Source of the DNA: Chloroflexota bacterium
Lineage (GTDB): Bacteria > Chloroflexota > Chloroflexia > QHBQ01 > JADMIH01
DNA: 64,000 bases
Assembly (NCBI GenBank): GCA_039932335.1
Contig: JBDTQH010000015.1
Coordinates: forward strand, 23,416 to 87,415
Direction: 5' to 3'
In this document: one piece after another, positions 1 to 9,708 of the stretch
Layout: each line of letters opens with the position of its first letter
How positions within the stretch are numbered: position 1 is the first letter of the stretch
Notes under the pieces: model-generated
Told to the model about the DNA's origin: nothing
Seen by the model: the letters and a program-made list of their open reading frames with translations, nothing else
Database searches by the model: none
Made by a program: the position numbers and the translations under genes

Positions 1-851
1 TTGAGGCGGGCGCCACCCTCATGGACGAAACCACCGTCGAATCGGTCGAGATGGACAAGCATGGCGTGAGCGTCACCACCTCGAAGGGCAACTTCACGGC
101 AGACTACCTCGTAGGAGCGGACGGCGCGACCGGGCGCGTGGCGAAAAACCTCGGGCTAATGACCGACCGCTGGGCGCTCGCCGCGCTTGAAACAGAGATC
201 GAGGTAGAACCCACCGCGATGGATTACTGGAAAGATAAACTCGGACTGGATCTGGGCGAGCTTCACGCATCTTACGGCTGGGTCTTCCCCAAAGGCGATC
301 ATCTCAGTGTCGGCGTAGGCGGCGTGCCGAGAATCGCGGATTACGGCAAGCACCTGAAAGAATACGACGCCATGCACACCGCAGGCCGTGTGCCCGGAAC
401 AAGGCGCGAGATCAGAACCCACGGCTACTTGCTGCCGTGCCGTCGCCCCGGTGCTGCTGTCCAGAAGGGACGAGCCTTGCTGGTTGGCGACGCAGCCGGC
501 CTGGTGGAAGCCTTCACAGGCGAGGGCATATACTGGGCAATCCGTAGCGGCCAGCTGGCGGCCAACGCCATAGCGCAAGCCACAGACATCCCTGACTACC
601 AGCGTCAACTCGATACGCTCCTCATGCCAGACCTCGCCTCAGCGCGCAGATGGCTGCATATTTACATCTATTTCCCGCGCGCCTGCTACGTGCTCCCCAA
701 GCGGATGCCGGCGTTCTGGCAGGCTGTATGCCGCATCATAAGAGGGGAGCGCCGCTTCCGAGACATCCGCCCGGCCCTTGGCCCGCTTGGCCTCATAGAA
801 CCCCTCTTGCCCGACACCCTGAACGCGCATAAAACCCCAGGTAAGGTCTAA
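1..851 (+). CDS. Geranylgeranyl-reductase-family FAD-dependent oxidoreductase, C-terminal part (5' end lies outside window)
   Basis: ORF 21..851 stays open in frame to the window edge; motifs GADGATGRVAKNLGL and LLVGDAAGLVEAFTGEGIYWAIRSG are typical of GGR/FixC-like flavoproteins. Confidence 0.6.
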   Translation, partial: EAGATLMDETTVESVEMDKHGVSVTTSKGNFTADYLVGADGATGRVAKNLGLMTDRWALAALETEIEVEPTAMDYWKDKLGLDLGELHASYGWVFPKGDHLSVGVGGVPRIADYGKHLKEYDAMHTAGRVPGTRREIRTHGYLLPCRRPGAAVQKGRALLVGDAAGLVEAFTGEGIYWAIRSGQLAANAIAQATDIPDYQRQLDTLLMPDLASARRWLHIYIYFPRACYVLPKRMPAFWQAVCRIIRGERRFRDIRPALGPLGLIEPLLPDTLNAHKTPGKV

Positions 852-1005
852 TTACTTTAGCTTTGCGCCTCCGGTCACTATCCTACTTCGTAATCTCTTT
901 GCGACCTGACCTGATAAACCGCAATGAGCTAGCTAATCAAGAGGGGTTATCACTTCTTAGAGCATTTGGCAATCAGCGACTCAACTGGATTTGGTTGGTT
1001 AAGCA

Positions 1006-1356
1006 ATGACGACAGCAAATCAGGGATCCAATGACAATTGGGAAATGATTCAACAGAATGTGGGGCATACAGGCACGGAAAATGGCACTATTATGAGCGA
1101 TGAGCGTAACACTCAAGGCGCCCAGATCACTCTAGAGAGAGACACTTCTACAGCTGCCTTTGCTATTACATGTGGTATCGGCGGCTGGCTGGTTCATACC
1201 AGGTATCTGTCGAGTATAGAAGTGGCACAATCTGCATATGACGTAATGAAAAGCGAACTTCAAAGAATTACAGACTTGATAACGTACTCAGATAGCGACG
1301 AGTATGTGGCAAAAGTGGTTACTGAACTTAAAGGCTTCGTTAGACGATTCCCATAG
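1006..1356 (+). CDS. Hypothetical small protein in a low-GC island (about 900-1400)
   Basis: 116-aa ORF with no recognisable domain; local GC is clearly below the flanking DNA. Confidence 0.3.
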   Translation: MTTANQGSNDNWEMIQQNVGHTGTENGTIMSDERNTQGAQITLERDTSTAAFAITCGIGGWLVHTRYLSSIEVAQSAYDVMKSELQRITDLITYSDSDEYVAKVVTELKGFVRRFP

Positions 1357-1618
1357 GCAACCCTCCTTAAGCTACCCGTGCTTACCTGACTACATCTGCT
1401 GGGGTATATCACCCCCTGCCCGCCAGCACCGTAGGGGCGAAAGAATAAACACCCCTCGGCTTACTCCATTGTGACCCTTCAGGACCCGTCTAAGGTCATG
1501 CCCCATCCGGTCTTACAGTCCTACCCGATTTACACACTAAGACCGATTGTCCCAGAACAAGCAGCAGGGTATATTATTACTTCAGAGATTAGACCCGAAG
1601 CACAACCATGGAGGCACG

Positions 1619-2998
1619 ATGTTCGAGCGAGAAGAGAGCAAACAAGCCGGCGTAGAGACAAGCACTGAGCGTGTTACATTTATAACGATCCTGAGGAATC
1701 GTAACTTTCGCAACCTATGGTTCGGCCAGGTAATCTCCCAGATGGGCGACTATTTCGCCTTCCTTGCAATCATGGTCGTGGTTGGAACCTTTTCAAATGA
1801 TGTTGCCGTGACTACGCAGCAGGTGTCGGGCGTTATGATCGCCACCACGTTGCCGCGCCTCCTTTTCGGCATACTCGCTGGAGTATTCGTGGACAGGTGG
1901 GACCGCCGCCTGACCATGCTCGCCTCCGACCTCATACGTCCCGCCCTTACCCTGGCCATGATCCCCGCCTTCCTGACAAGAAATCTCTGGCTGATGTACT
2001 TCCTTGCGTTTGCCCAATCGGCTGTGGGAACCTTCTTCAACCCCGCCAAGGGCGCGTTGATACCCAAGTTGGTACCGCCCGAGCAGCTGACCGCCGCCAA
2101 CGCCCTCTCACAGACCTCAATGACGATGGCCTTTGTGCTTGGCCCTGTGCTTGCCGGAGGGACATTCTTCGTGCTCGGCGCGGGGAACGAATGGATCGCC
2201 TTCGTCCTGGACTCGGCATCATACCTGATTTCCGCTGTCGCCATCTGGAAGCTGCGGCTGCCCAAAGAGGCCACGAACCCTGCTCCCGAAATGCCCACTG
2301 AGGGAGGCGGATTCGCCAGGGTCGGCAAAGAGCTTGTGATCGGAGTAAAGGCACTGGCCTTCAATAAAGTCATGGCGACCCTATCCGTTGTGTTCGGGAT
2401 AACCATGCTGGGTGTTGGCGCGCTCAACGTCCTGTGGGTATCCTTCCTTAAGTCGGAGTACGGCATTACCGAGTCGGGCGAGCTTGGCTGGCGCTTCGCC
2501 GTCATTGACACGGCATTCTTCGCCGGAATGGTGATCGCGAGCGTAGCTGTCGGCAACTTGCTCTCCAACCGTAAGCCTAAAGAGTTCGTCGTCTGGGGCC
2601 TTGTTATCGCGGGGCTTGCCACGATACCGATTGGTTATCTGCCCAGCTACTGGCTAGTGGTCGCTGTCATGTTCGTGGTAGGGCTGGCTATTGCGCCAAT
2701 CAACACCGGCGTGATGACACTGATGCAAATCGTCGTTCCCAACAACCAGCTAGGGCGAGTTGGCGGCGGCATTGGCACGATTAGCGACACAGCTAGCCTC
2801 GGTTCGATGGGCCTGGCTGGATTGCTCGGCTCCGTGATAGGCATCCCGCTCGTCTTCCTCCTGTCCGGGGTAATGTGCGTGCTCGGAGGCACTGTGGCCT
2901 TGATTGGTCTGCCTGCCCTGACCCTTGCCGACAAGCTCGAGGATACCGGTGACGCATCGCCCTTTGGTGCCGAAACACAGGTTGCTCAGGTAGCGTAA
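1619..2998 (+). CDS. MFS transporter (DHA3/EntS-like, 12 TM)
   Basis: Translation has many TM segments and MFS-like motifs (FGILAGVFVDRWDRR); start taken at internal ATG 1619 preceded by GGAGG. Confidence 0.85.
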   Translation: MFEREESKQAGVETSTERVTFITILRNRNFRNLWFGQVISQMGDYFAFLAIMVVVGTFSNDVAVTTQQVSGVMIATTLPRLLFGILAGVFVDRWDRRLTMLASDLIRPALTLAMIPAFLTRNLWLMYFLAFAQSAVGTFFNPAKGALIPKLVPPEQLTAANALSQTSMTMAFVLGPVLAGGTFFVLGAGNEWIAFVLDSASYLISAVAIWKLRLPKEATNPAPEMPTEGGGFARVGKELVIGVKALAFNKVMATLSVVFGITMLGVGALNVLWVSFLKSEYGITESGELGWRFAVIDTAFFAGMVIASVAVGNLLSNRKPKEFVVWGLVIAGLATIPIGYLPSYWLVVAVMFVVGLAIAPINTGVMTLMQIVVPNNQLGRVGGGIGTISDTASLGSMGLAGLLGSVIGIPLVFLLSGVMCVLGGTVALIGLPALTLADKLEDTGDASPFGAETQVAQVA

Positions 2999-3027
2999 AC
3001 CTTACCTCACACACGCACAGCAAAGAA

Positions 3028-3062
3028 GAGGCGCTCCATATACTGGGGACGCCTCTTCTGTT
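3028..3062. terminator. GC-rich hairpin between convergent genes (bidirectional terminator candidate)
   Basis: agaagaggcgctcc...ggacgcctcttct inverted repeat followed by a T-rich run, directly after the MFS stop and before the MOSC stop. Confidence 0.5.
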
Positions 3063-3097
3063 CGTACGCCACATAGAACAGCCAGGATATTGTTATC

Positions 3098-3739
3098 TCA
3101 AGCAACGCGGGATGCGAATATGTCGCGCCAGCGAGGCGTCAGGGCTTCCAGGCCAGCTGCTCTAAGCGAGTCCTCCCGGTTCTCGGGGTCGAAGTAAAGC
3201 AGGTGAATCACCTCGCGCACAGTCATGCGCTCAGGGTGCGTTTCAACACGCTCGATCATATCGCCCGCGCCAACTTCGCCCTCTTGCAGCACTCGCAAGT
3301 AAAAGCCCACCCTGCCGCTCGCCAGGAACAACTTGGGGAAGCTGGGCCTGCCCATCCTTATACCCAGCTTAAAGCAGGGTCCGCGCGGCTGCGTAACTTG
3401 CACAATTGCCCCGCCCACTCGAAAGATATCACCGATGTGCACCTCATCCTCAGGCATCCCTGTAACAGTGAAGTTCTCCCCGAACTTGCCGAAGCCGATT
3501 TTTTCCAGTCTAAGCTCGTCTTGCCAGTGCACAAAGTTCTCGTGGGTGTAGACATATGCAGCCCTGAACGGCCCGCCATGGTTGTCCAGATCAGCCTGCC
3601 TATCGCCATCGAGATTGAGCGTGCGAAGCATCACCCTGCTTTCCACCGGCTCCTTGAAGATTCCTGTGCTCACCTCTTTCCCTCTGTAGGCAACTTCCCT
3701 TGGTAGCGTCACATTAACGGAGATTAGTTCCATTGACAT
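3098..3739 (-). CDS. MOSC-domain protein (YiiM-like)
   Basis: 213 aa; conserved MOSC beta-barrel region with conserved Cys (QPRGPCFKLG). Confidence 0.8.
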   Translation of the reverse strand: MSMELISVNVTLPREVAYRGKEVSTGIFKEPVESRVMLRTLNLDGDRQADLDNHGGPFRAAYVYTHENFVHWQDELRLEKIGFGKFGENFTVTGMPEDEVHIGDIFRVGGAIVQVTQPRGPCFKLGIRMGRPSFPKLFLASGRVGFYLRVLQEGEVGAGDMIERVETHPERMTVREVIHLLYFDPENREDSLRAAGLEALTPRWRDIFASRVA

Positions 3740-3828
3740 CCTTCTAATCCAGTTTACCAGCCGATTTCAGGCAGGATTTCATCTCCATTATAACTCCAAA
3801 CAAAGGCGACGCGCCCTTCCCCGTGCCT

Positions 3829-4824
3829 TTAAGCGTTGTACGCGTTGTGAGGAGGACCAAGGTAGGGGAAATCCGAGATGAAGTCCGTATGTGGGCCCAC
3901 CTTGTCCTCAGTAATCTTTCCATTGGTTAACAGGGTGAAGGTCGTATCGGCTACATCATCGGTGAGAGCACGACCGTTGTGAGGGTAGGCCACCGGCTGA
4001 CTGGGGTTGTAAGGCAGGATATCCGGCAGCAACGTTCCCGCTACGCGTTTGGCTTCCTCTGGGCTATACCCACCTGCCTGCTCCAGTACGTGCGCGAAGC
4101 TATCGAGGAAGCGGGAGTCACCGGACGGTTCGCCGCTGACATACGCCACCTTCTCTTCGTTCGGGCAGATTATCGGCACTTGCTGAGTACGTGCCCCGCG
4201 ATCTGCCTGTACCCAGCCCTCGCCGGCACCATCGGCCGGGACCAAGACCCGCAACCAGAGGCCCACTCTGCTCGACGTGAGCGCACTGTTGGGTAACTCC
4301 AACACGATACTACACACATCCTTGTCAGCAAAGAAATCGTCGCCCGTGAACTGAAAGTTGTTTAGTGCCCCTCCGGCATCGAAAAAGAAGGGATCACTCC
4401 TCCAGCCCGCGAAGAAGCGGTAATCGCCGGCCTCCACCACCTGTGCATCTCGCCCGGTGGAAACGGGCGCGTCTGCAACGATTACCTCGCCTCTATCACC
4501 GCTTCCGGTGGTGTCTGCCCCCTCAAGGCGGCGGAGAGTGGACGTTGTGGCCTCATTGCCCGATGACGAAAACCGGACGCTGTAAGTTATATTTGCGACC
4601 GCATCGCCGTCGGTGTCGATCCTGATCTCGTATATTGCCTCAGGTGCGAATGGTTCCGTTGTAGTGGGACCGGGAGGATTCACACCGGCTGACGGATGTA
4701 CGTCCATGATCAGGATCGATCTGTTGGCATCCCCCGGCTTCGGGAAGGCGAACAGGTCGCACACATCGAGGCGGGCATCTCCATTTGGAAAGCTGAAATC
4801 GGGTCCGGAGTAGTGATGAGACAT
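3829..4824 (-). CDS. DUF4331-family protein
   Basis: N-terminus MSHHYSGPDFSFPNGDARLDVCDLFAF matches the characteristic DUF4331 start. Confidence 0.75.
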   Translation of the reverse strand: MSHHYSGPDFSFPNGDARLDVCDLFAFPKPGDANRSILIMDVHPSAGVNPPGPTTTEPFAPEAIYEIRIDTDGDAVANITYSVRFSSSGNEATTSTLRRLEGADTTGSGDRGEVIVADAPVSTGRDAQVVEAGDYRFFAGWRSDPFFFDAGGALNNFQFTGDDFFADKDVCSIVLELPNSALTSSRVGLWLRVLVPADGAGEGWVQADRGARTQQVPIICPNEEKVAYVSGEPSGDSRFLDSFAHVLEQAGGYSPEEAKRVAGTLLPDILPYNPSQPVAYPHNGRALTDDVADTTFTLLTNGKITEDKVGPHTDFISDFPYLGPPHNAYNA

Positions 4825-5012
4825 AGTTGCTCCTTTGGTCCAGTGAGCAGTTGAGGACGTTCATCGCTCAACAATCACGGCCTGTAACTATCACGCATTT
4901 CTTGTAGGACGCGGGTGTAGGAGTGTTGTCAAGTATACATCCGCCGAAACAGCAATTTCTAGTAATAGAACCGCACTTGTTGAAAATCAGCGATCAATTC
5001 GATACAAGAGTA

Positions 5013-5041
5013 TTGACATCATGGGGAAGTTGATATATCAT
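5013..5041 (+). promoter_or_regulatory. Sigma-70-like promoter candidate for the tetR-ABC operon
   Basis: TTGACA (5013-5018), 17-nt spacer, TATCAT (5036-5041). Confidence 0.4.
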
Positions 5042-5043
5042 GA

Positions 5044-5067
5044 AACTGACTGACTGGTCAGTCAGTT
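5044..5067. promoter_or_regulatory. TetR-type operator palindrome
   Basis: Perfect 11-bp inverted repeat aactgactgac-tg-gtcagtcagtt immediately downstream of the -10 box and 30 nt upstream of the tetR start. Confidence 0.6.
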
Positions 5068-5098
5068 ATTCTAAAGGTGAAGAGGAGCTATCTGGCTT

Positions 5099-5701
5099 AT
5101 GACCCCGAAACCCGACGTAAGCGAAGAGCGCCGGAACCAAATTCTTGAAGCAGCCACCGCGGTGTTCGCGAGGTTGGGCTTCCACAAGGCGCGCATGGAA
5201 GATATCAGTGAGGAAGCCCGCCTGAGTAAAGGAGCTCTCTACTGGTATTTTCGGAGCAAGGACGCTATCATCGACGCTTTGCTCAAGCGCTTTTTCGAGC
5301 GCGATTTCTCCGAATTGCGTACCCTGCTCCATGCTGAAGGCCCGGCTAGCGAGCGACTTCTCGCCTATGCCCGGCACAGCGCTGTCGAGATAGAGCGTAC
5401 GGCCTGGTTCACCTCTCTGTCCTTCGATATTTTGGGGTTGCTGGGCCGCCAGAGTTTTGTGAAGCAGTACCTCCTGCAATACTTCAAGCGCTACCAACAG
5501 GAACTGGGAGCCATCGTCCAGCAAGGAATCGACGCCGGTGAGTTTCGCGAAATCGACGCGCAGTCCTCGACCATAACTATAATCGGCATATACGAGGGTC
5601 TGCTGCTGCTCTGGGTAGTCGATCCCGAAATGGTGCCATTGCGGCAGAGCATGGAGGGGTCGATGAGGCTACTGCTGGAGGGGATGAAGAAGGAGCGTTG
5701 A
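5099..5701 (+). CDS. TetR/AcrR-family transcriptional regulator
   Basis: N-terminal HTH (ILEAATAVFARLGFHKARMEDISEEARLSKGALYWYF). Confidence 0.9.
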   Translation: MTPKPDVSEERRNQILEAATAVFARLGFHKARMEDISEEARLSKGALYWYFRSKDAIIDALLKRFFERDFSELRTLLHAEGPASERLLAYARHSAVEIERTAWFTSLSFDILGLLGRQSFVKQYLLQYFKRYQQELGAIVQQGIDAGEFREIDAQSSTITIIGIYEGLLLLWVVDPEMVPLRQSMEGSMRLLLEGMKKER

Positions 5702-5853
5702 GTACGTTCACGCGAACCTGACACTTCCACCTGACTGCCGGGCTCTACATGTTAGTTTTCGGCGCAACCGGCTTCTACAGCCGCTACGAAGAGCGGTTAG
5801 CGGTAGATTCGGTCAAAAAGAGGAGATCTAAGAGAGATCTGAAGGAGAATGCA

Positions 5854-6624
5854 ATGTCCGTCTTGCAATCTATGTCGCCTACATCGTCCGTGTCGGCTAC
5901 ATCGCCGGAACCATTGATTGATCTGAGGGCGCTCACGCGCGATTACAAAATGGGCGAGGTTACCGTCCAGGCGCTGCGCGGCCTTGATCTGCTCGTCAAT
6001 CGGGGCGAGTTCGTGGTGCTGCTCGGCCCGTCGGGGGGTGGAAAGACTACCATCCTCAACCTGATCGGCGGGCTGGACAGGCCAACGGGCGGGTCGGTAT
6101 ACGTGGATGGGGAGGACATAGCCCGCTATGACGAGCGACAACTGACCGCATACCGCAGGCGCAAGGTTGGTTTCGTGTTCCAGTTCTTCAACCTGATCCC
6201 CACGCTGACCGCGGCCGAAAACATCGAGCTGGCTCTCGCCCTCGTAGAAGGGGATGGGAGCAGGCAGCGGGGCGAGTCGATCGATCTCCTCGGCCTGGTG
6301 GGCCTGAAGGAGCGTGCCCATCACTTTCCTTCCCAGCTATCGGGAGGCGAGCAGCAGCGTGTGGCTATTGCGCGAGCACTTGCTACACGCCCCCCTCTGA
6401 TCCTGTGTGATGAGCCGACAGGCAATCTCGATGCAGCCACCGGGCAGCAAGTGTTACAGGTGATCCGCGACCTGAACGAACAGGAAGGTTCTACCGTCTT
6501 GTTGGTCACTCACAACACCGCGATCGCCCCTATCGCCGACCGGGTGGTGAGGCTGCACGATGGCATAATCGACCGCATAGAGGCCAACGCTCACCCCCTC
6601 CCGGTGGCCGAACTGACCTGGTAG
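5854..6624 (+). CDS. ABC transporter ATP-binding protein (MacB/LolD-like)
   Basis: Walker [10 protein letters not shown], signature [15 protein letters not shown], Walker [13 protein letters not shown]; start at ATG 5854 with AGGAGA RBS. Confidence 0.9.
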   Translation: MSVLQSMSPTSSVSATSPEPLIDLRALTRDYKMGEVTVQALRGLDLLVNRGEFVVLLGPSGGGKTTILNLIGGLDRPTGGSVYVDGEDIARYDERQLTAYRRRKVGFVFQFFNLIPTLTAAENIELALALVEGDGSRQRGESIDLLGLVGLKERAHHFPSQLSGGEQQRVAIARALATRPPLILCDEPTGNLDAATGQQVLQVIRDLNEQEGSTVLLVTHNTAIAPIADRVVRLHDGIIDRIEANAHPLPVAELTW

Positions 6625-6689
6625 CCTGGTAACCTCGTAGCCGTCAACCCATAGATTTATGGGTCAGTAAGACCCAGGAGATTTCCCCG

Positions 6690-9119
6690 GTGAACATCCT
6701 TTTACGCAAAACATTCCGCGACCTGCGGTCATCGATGGCCCAGACCGGTGCGCTGGTCTTCATAGTAGCGCTCGGCATCGCCAGTTTCATCGCACTGGTT
6801 GGGGCGTACCGTGACCTGTCTACCTCGTACAACAGCACATATGATCGCCTCAAGTTCGCAGATGTTACTTTCTCTGTACAGTCTGCACCCGAGAATGCTG
6901 CGGCCTCCGTGGCGCAGGTGCCAGGCGTGCAAAGTTCGACCGGCCGCCTGGTTGTAGACACCGGCTTCCAGCTTTCAAGTGGCGAGCAAATACGCGCCCG
7001 CCTGATCGGGCTGCCTCCAGGGCAGCACCCTTCGGTAAACGACATACTGGTCACGCAGGGCAGCTATCTTGCCGCAGATGATACGCGTACCGCCCTGGTC
7101 GAAAAGCACTTCGCAGATATTTACGGGATCCAGCCGGGAGGCACAGTCAGCCCGATCATAAATGGGCAAAAGATCGACTTTACGGTGGCCGGGGTAGCCG
7201 CCAGCCCTGAGTATCTAATCGTTACCCCGAGCAGGCAGGATATACTCCCTTCGGCCAGTACTTTCGCCGTGCTGTTTGTGCCGCTGCCCGAATTGCAGCA
7301 ATTGCAGACGCACACACAGACACAGGAGCAGGAAGGGCAAGAGAGCGGCGCAATAAACGATATTGCCGTGCGCTATTCCCCAGGTGCCGACCGGCAGAAG
7401 GTGCAAAACGATGTTCAGGCCACGCTTGCCCCCTATGGCGTGACTGCCGTGACCCCGCGTTCGGCCCAGCCGTCCAACGAAGCACTCAGCCTTGATCTGG
7501 ACGGTTACCGCGAGCTGTCTATACTAATGCCTGCCTTGATCCTCATTGTATCTGCTATTTCGATGTACGCGATGCTGGGACGCACGGTGCGCGCTCAGCA
7601 GCCGCAGATCGGACTGTTGAAAGCACTGGGCTACAGCAATGGCGCTGTCGTAGCGCACTATCTGACGTTCGGGCTGTTAATCGCGCTGGCAGGAGCTCTT
7701 ATAGGCACACCAGGCGGGCTGCTCCTCTCGAACGTGGTCACAAGCGAATACGCGGGAGAACTGGGTATTCCACTGGTAGAGTCGCGCATCTACCCCGACT
7801 TGGTGCTCATTGGACTGGGCCTTAGCTTGCTCTTTTCGCTGCTCGCCTGCGCCGGGCCGGCTCGTGCCGCTGTGCGCTTGGCCCCTGCCGATGCGATGCG
7901 CATGGATCCCGCCCTGGCGCTGGTAAGCGGGCGGGTATCCTGGTTGGAGCGGATGCTGCGGGGTCTGCATCCTTCCATCTGGTTGCGCCTGCCGCTGCGC
8001 AACGTATTTCGGGTGCGTGGTCGCTCGCTCAGTACGGGACTGGGTATACTGCTGGCCTTCATGCTTATCCTCATGAGCTGGGGCATGTTCGACTCGATGT
8101 CGTACCTGCTTAGCCACAATTTTGAGGACGTAGAGCGCTGGGACGTCTCGGCGACCTTCAATGAGTCTCAACAGCAGCCCATTCTCGACCATGTCAGGGG
8201 TTGGGCGGGCGTGAAACAAATCGAGCCGATAATCCAGCTTCCGGCCAGCCTGCAAGCCAACGGACAAAGCGTGGACGCCTTTGTCACAGCGTTCGATCCC
8301 GCCCAGAAGATGCATGCGCTGCAAATCTCCGAAGGTACCACGCCCGAGGAGGCCCTTTCGGGCAATAGAATAGTGCTCACGCCCGGGCTGGCCGGCAAGC
8401 TCCATCTCTCCGCAGGTGATACTCTCCGGGTGAGCACTCCTATGGGAAATGCGGACTTCACGCTTGGAGGCACATCCGAGGAATTGAGCGGTTCGGCGGC
8501 ATTTGTTTCCCTGAATGCCGCCCTGAACCTGGCCAGCATGAGTACAGGTGGAGCGGGTAGTGAAGTATCCTCCCGGCCGGTCTTCAACGGGCTGTATCTA
8601 ACTGTGGACAGCGCACAGGCGCACGCTATTAAGGCCGAATTGTACAACTTGCCAGGCGTGGCAAGCGTGAAACTAAAATCGGAGGTTGAGAGCGATTGGC
8701 AGTCGCTCATGGGCCTCTTCTATGCTTTCATGGGTGCGGTGCTGGCTTTCGCAGTGGCCATGGCTTTCGCCCTGCTGTTCAACGCCATGACGGTGAACGT
8801 GTTGGAGCGCAGAAGAGAGTTTGCCACAATGCGCGCTATGGGTATGGGAGGCGGCAATATCACATGGCAATTGACGCTCGAGAACGTGTTCATGTGGCTC
8901 GCGGCCCTCATACCGGGCATCCTCCTGGGAAGCTGGGTGGCATCTCAGATGGGCGCGGCTTTCTCTTCAGACCTGATTCAGTTCAAGATCGTGATCGCTC
9001 CGCTGAGCTACGTGCTCGCCTCGGTGGGCATTCTGTTGACGATGGAATTGGCCGCGCTCCCCGCAATCCGGCGTGTCAACAGGCTGAACCTGGCGGAAGC
9101 CACCAAGGCCCTGGCGTAG
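6690..9119 (+). CDS. ABC transporter permease with two FtsX domains (MacB-type, 809 aa)
   Basis: Two FtsX-like 4-TM modules separated by large extracytoplasmic domains; GTG start. Confidence 0.85.
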   Translation: MNILLRKTFRDLRSSMAQTGALVFIVALGIASFIALVGAYRDLSTSYNSTYDRLKFADVTFSVQSAPENAAASVAQVPGVQSSTGRLVVDTGFQLSSGEQIRARLIGLPPGQHPSVNDILVTQGSYLAADDTRTALVEKHFADIYGIQPGGTVSPIINGQKIDFTVAGVAASPEYLIVTPSRQDILPSASTFAVLFVPLPELQQLQTHTQTQEQEGQESGAINDIAVRYSPGADRQKVQNDVQATLAPYGVTAVTPRSAQPSNEALSLDLDGYRELSILMPALILIVSAISMYAMLGRTVRAQQPQIGLLKALGYSNGAVVAHYLTFGLLIALAGALIGTPGGLLLSNVVTSEYAGELGIPLVESRIYPDLVLIGLGLSLLFSLLACAGPARAAVRLAPADAMRMDPALALVSGRVSWLERMLRGLHPSIWLRLPLRNVFRVRGRSLSTGLGILLAFMLILMSWGMFDSMSYLLSHNFEDVERWDVSATFNESQQQPILDHVRGWAGVKQIEPIIQLPASLQANGQSVDAFVTAFDPAQKMHALQISEGTTPEEALSGNRIVLTPGLAGKLHLSAGDTLRVSTPMGNADFTLGGTSEELSGSAAFVSLNAALNLASMSTGGAGSEVSSRPVFNGLYLTVDSAQAHAIKAELYNLPGVASVKLKSEVESDWQSLMGLFYAFMGAVLAFAVAMAFALLFNAMTVNVLERRREFATMRAMGMGGGNITWQLTLENVFMWLAALIPGILLGSWVASQMGAAFSSDLIQFKIVIAPLSYVLASVGILLTMELAALPAIRRVNRLNLAEATKALA

Positions 9120-9580
9120 TAAGGAGAAATAGAAGAATCTACCCTCAAGGTATTGGCTTCCGAGTATCACCGGAACCAATATGCACGCCGGGGCTAAGCC
9201 GACCGTGTGGGTAGATCATGGCGGTAAGCTGTAGAGAAACTGGAACCATAAGTGTGTGCGCTTGCAGCCCCTATGGTGGCCCTGTCTGCCCGGCAGCAGC
9301 ACCAACATATGAGAGTGGAACATTGCTATTTACCTGGAGAGATGCAATTGCTCGCAGTCGCGGACAGTTGCTCCTACTCAAGCTCTTTGCTCACTTGGTA
9401 CTACGATGGCCGCCGGCGCCTGATCCTGGCTCACAATCTGCGCCCTACAAACGTGCTTGCCTCTCTGTATTCTTTGACAGCCCCCTGATTACTTGACATC
9501 AATACTGTGCCATCCCTTGACATTGCTGCTATAATTAATGTTGGTATATCTGGCGAGCATAGTTCTTAGCTATGTCGTTT

Positions 9581-9648
9581 GACAACGTCTTTTCAGCAGA
9601 AAGACGGCGTAATATCGTCCGAGGCATCTATCATTGATAGACGTTGTC
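9581..9648. promoter_or_regulatory. Nested inverted repeats upstream of the LGFP-SBP gene
   Basis: gacaacgtc (9581-9589) / gacgttgtc (9640-9648); hairpin cgtcttt-tcagcag-aaagacg (9586-9606); palindrome tctatca-t-tgataga (9627-9641). Confidence 0.3.
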
Positions 9649-9708
9649 CCCTGATGTCTCCGTAATTTAGTGCGTCCAGAAGACGCGATTATTTTGGAGG
9701 AACAGGAC

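Noticed and set aside
1750-2622. 290-aa antisense ORF inside the MFS transporter gene (similar long antisense ORFs occur at 7677..8405, 10395..10703, 32717..33151, 62709..63644 and others)
   Set aside because: High-GC shadow ORFs opposite strongly supported genes. They have low-complexity Ala/Arg/Pro-rich translations and no start context.
9218-9496. 92-aa ORF in the FtsX-to-SBP intergenic region
   Set aside because: No RBS and a Cys/Pro/Arg-rich translation. The region is better explained as a regulatory leader.
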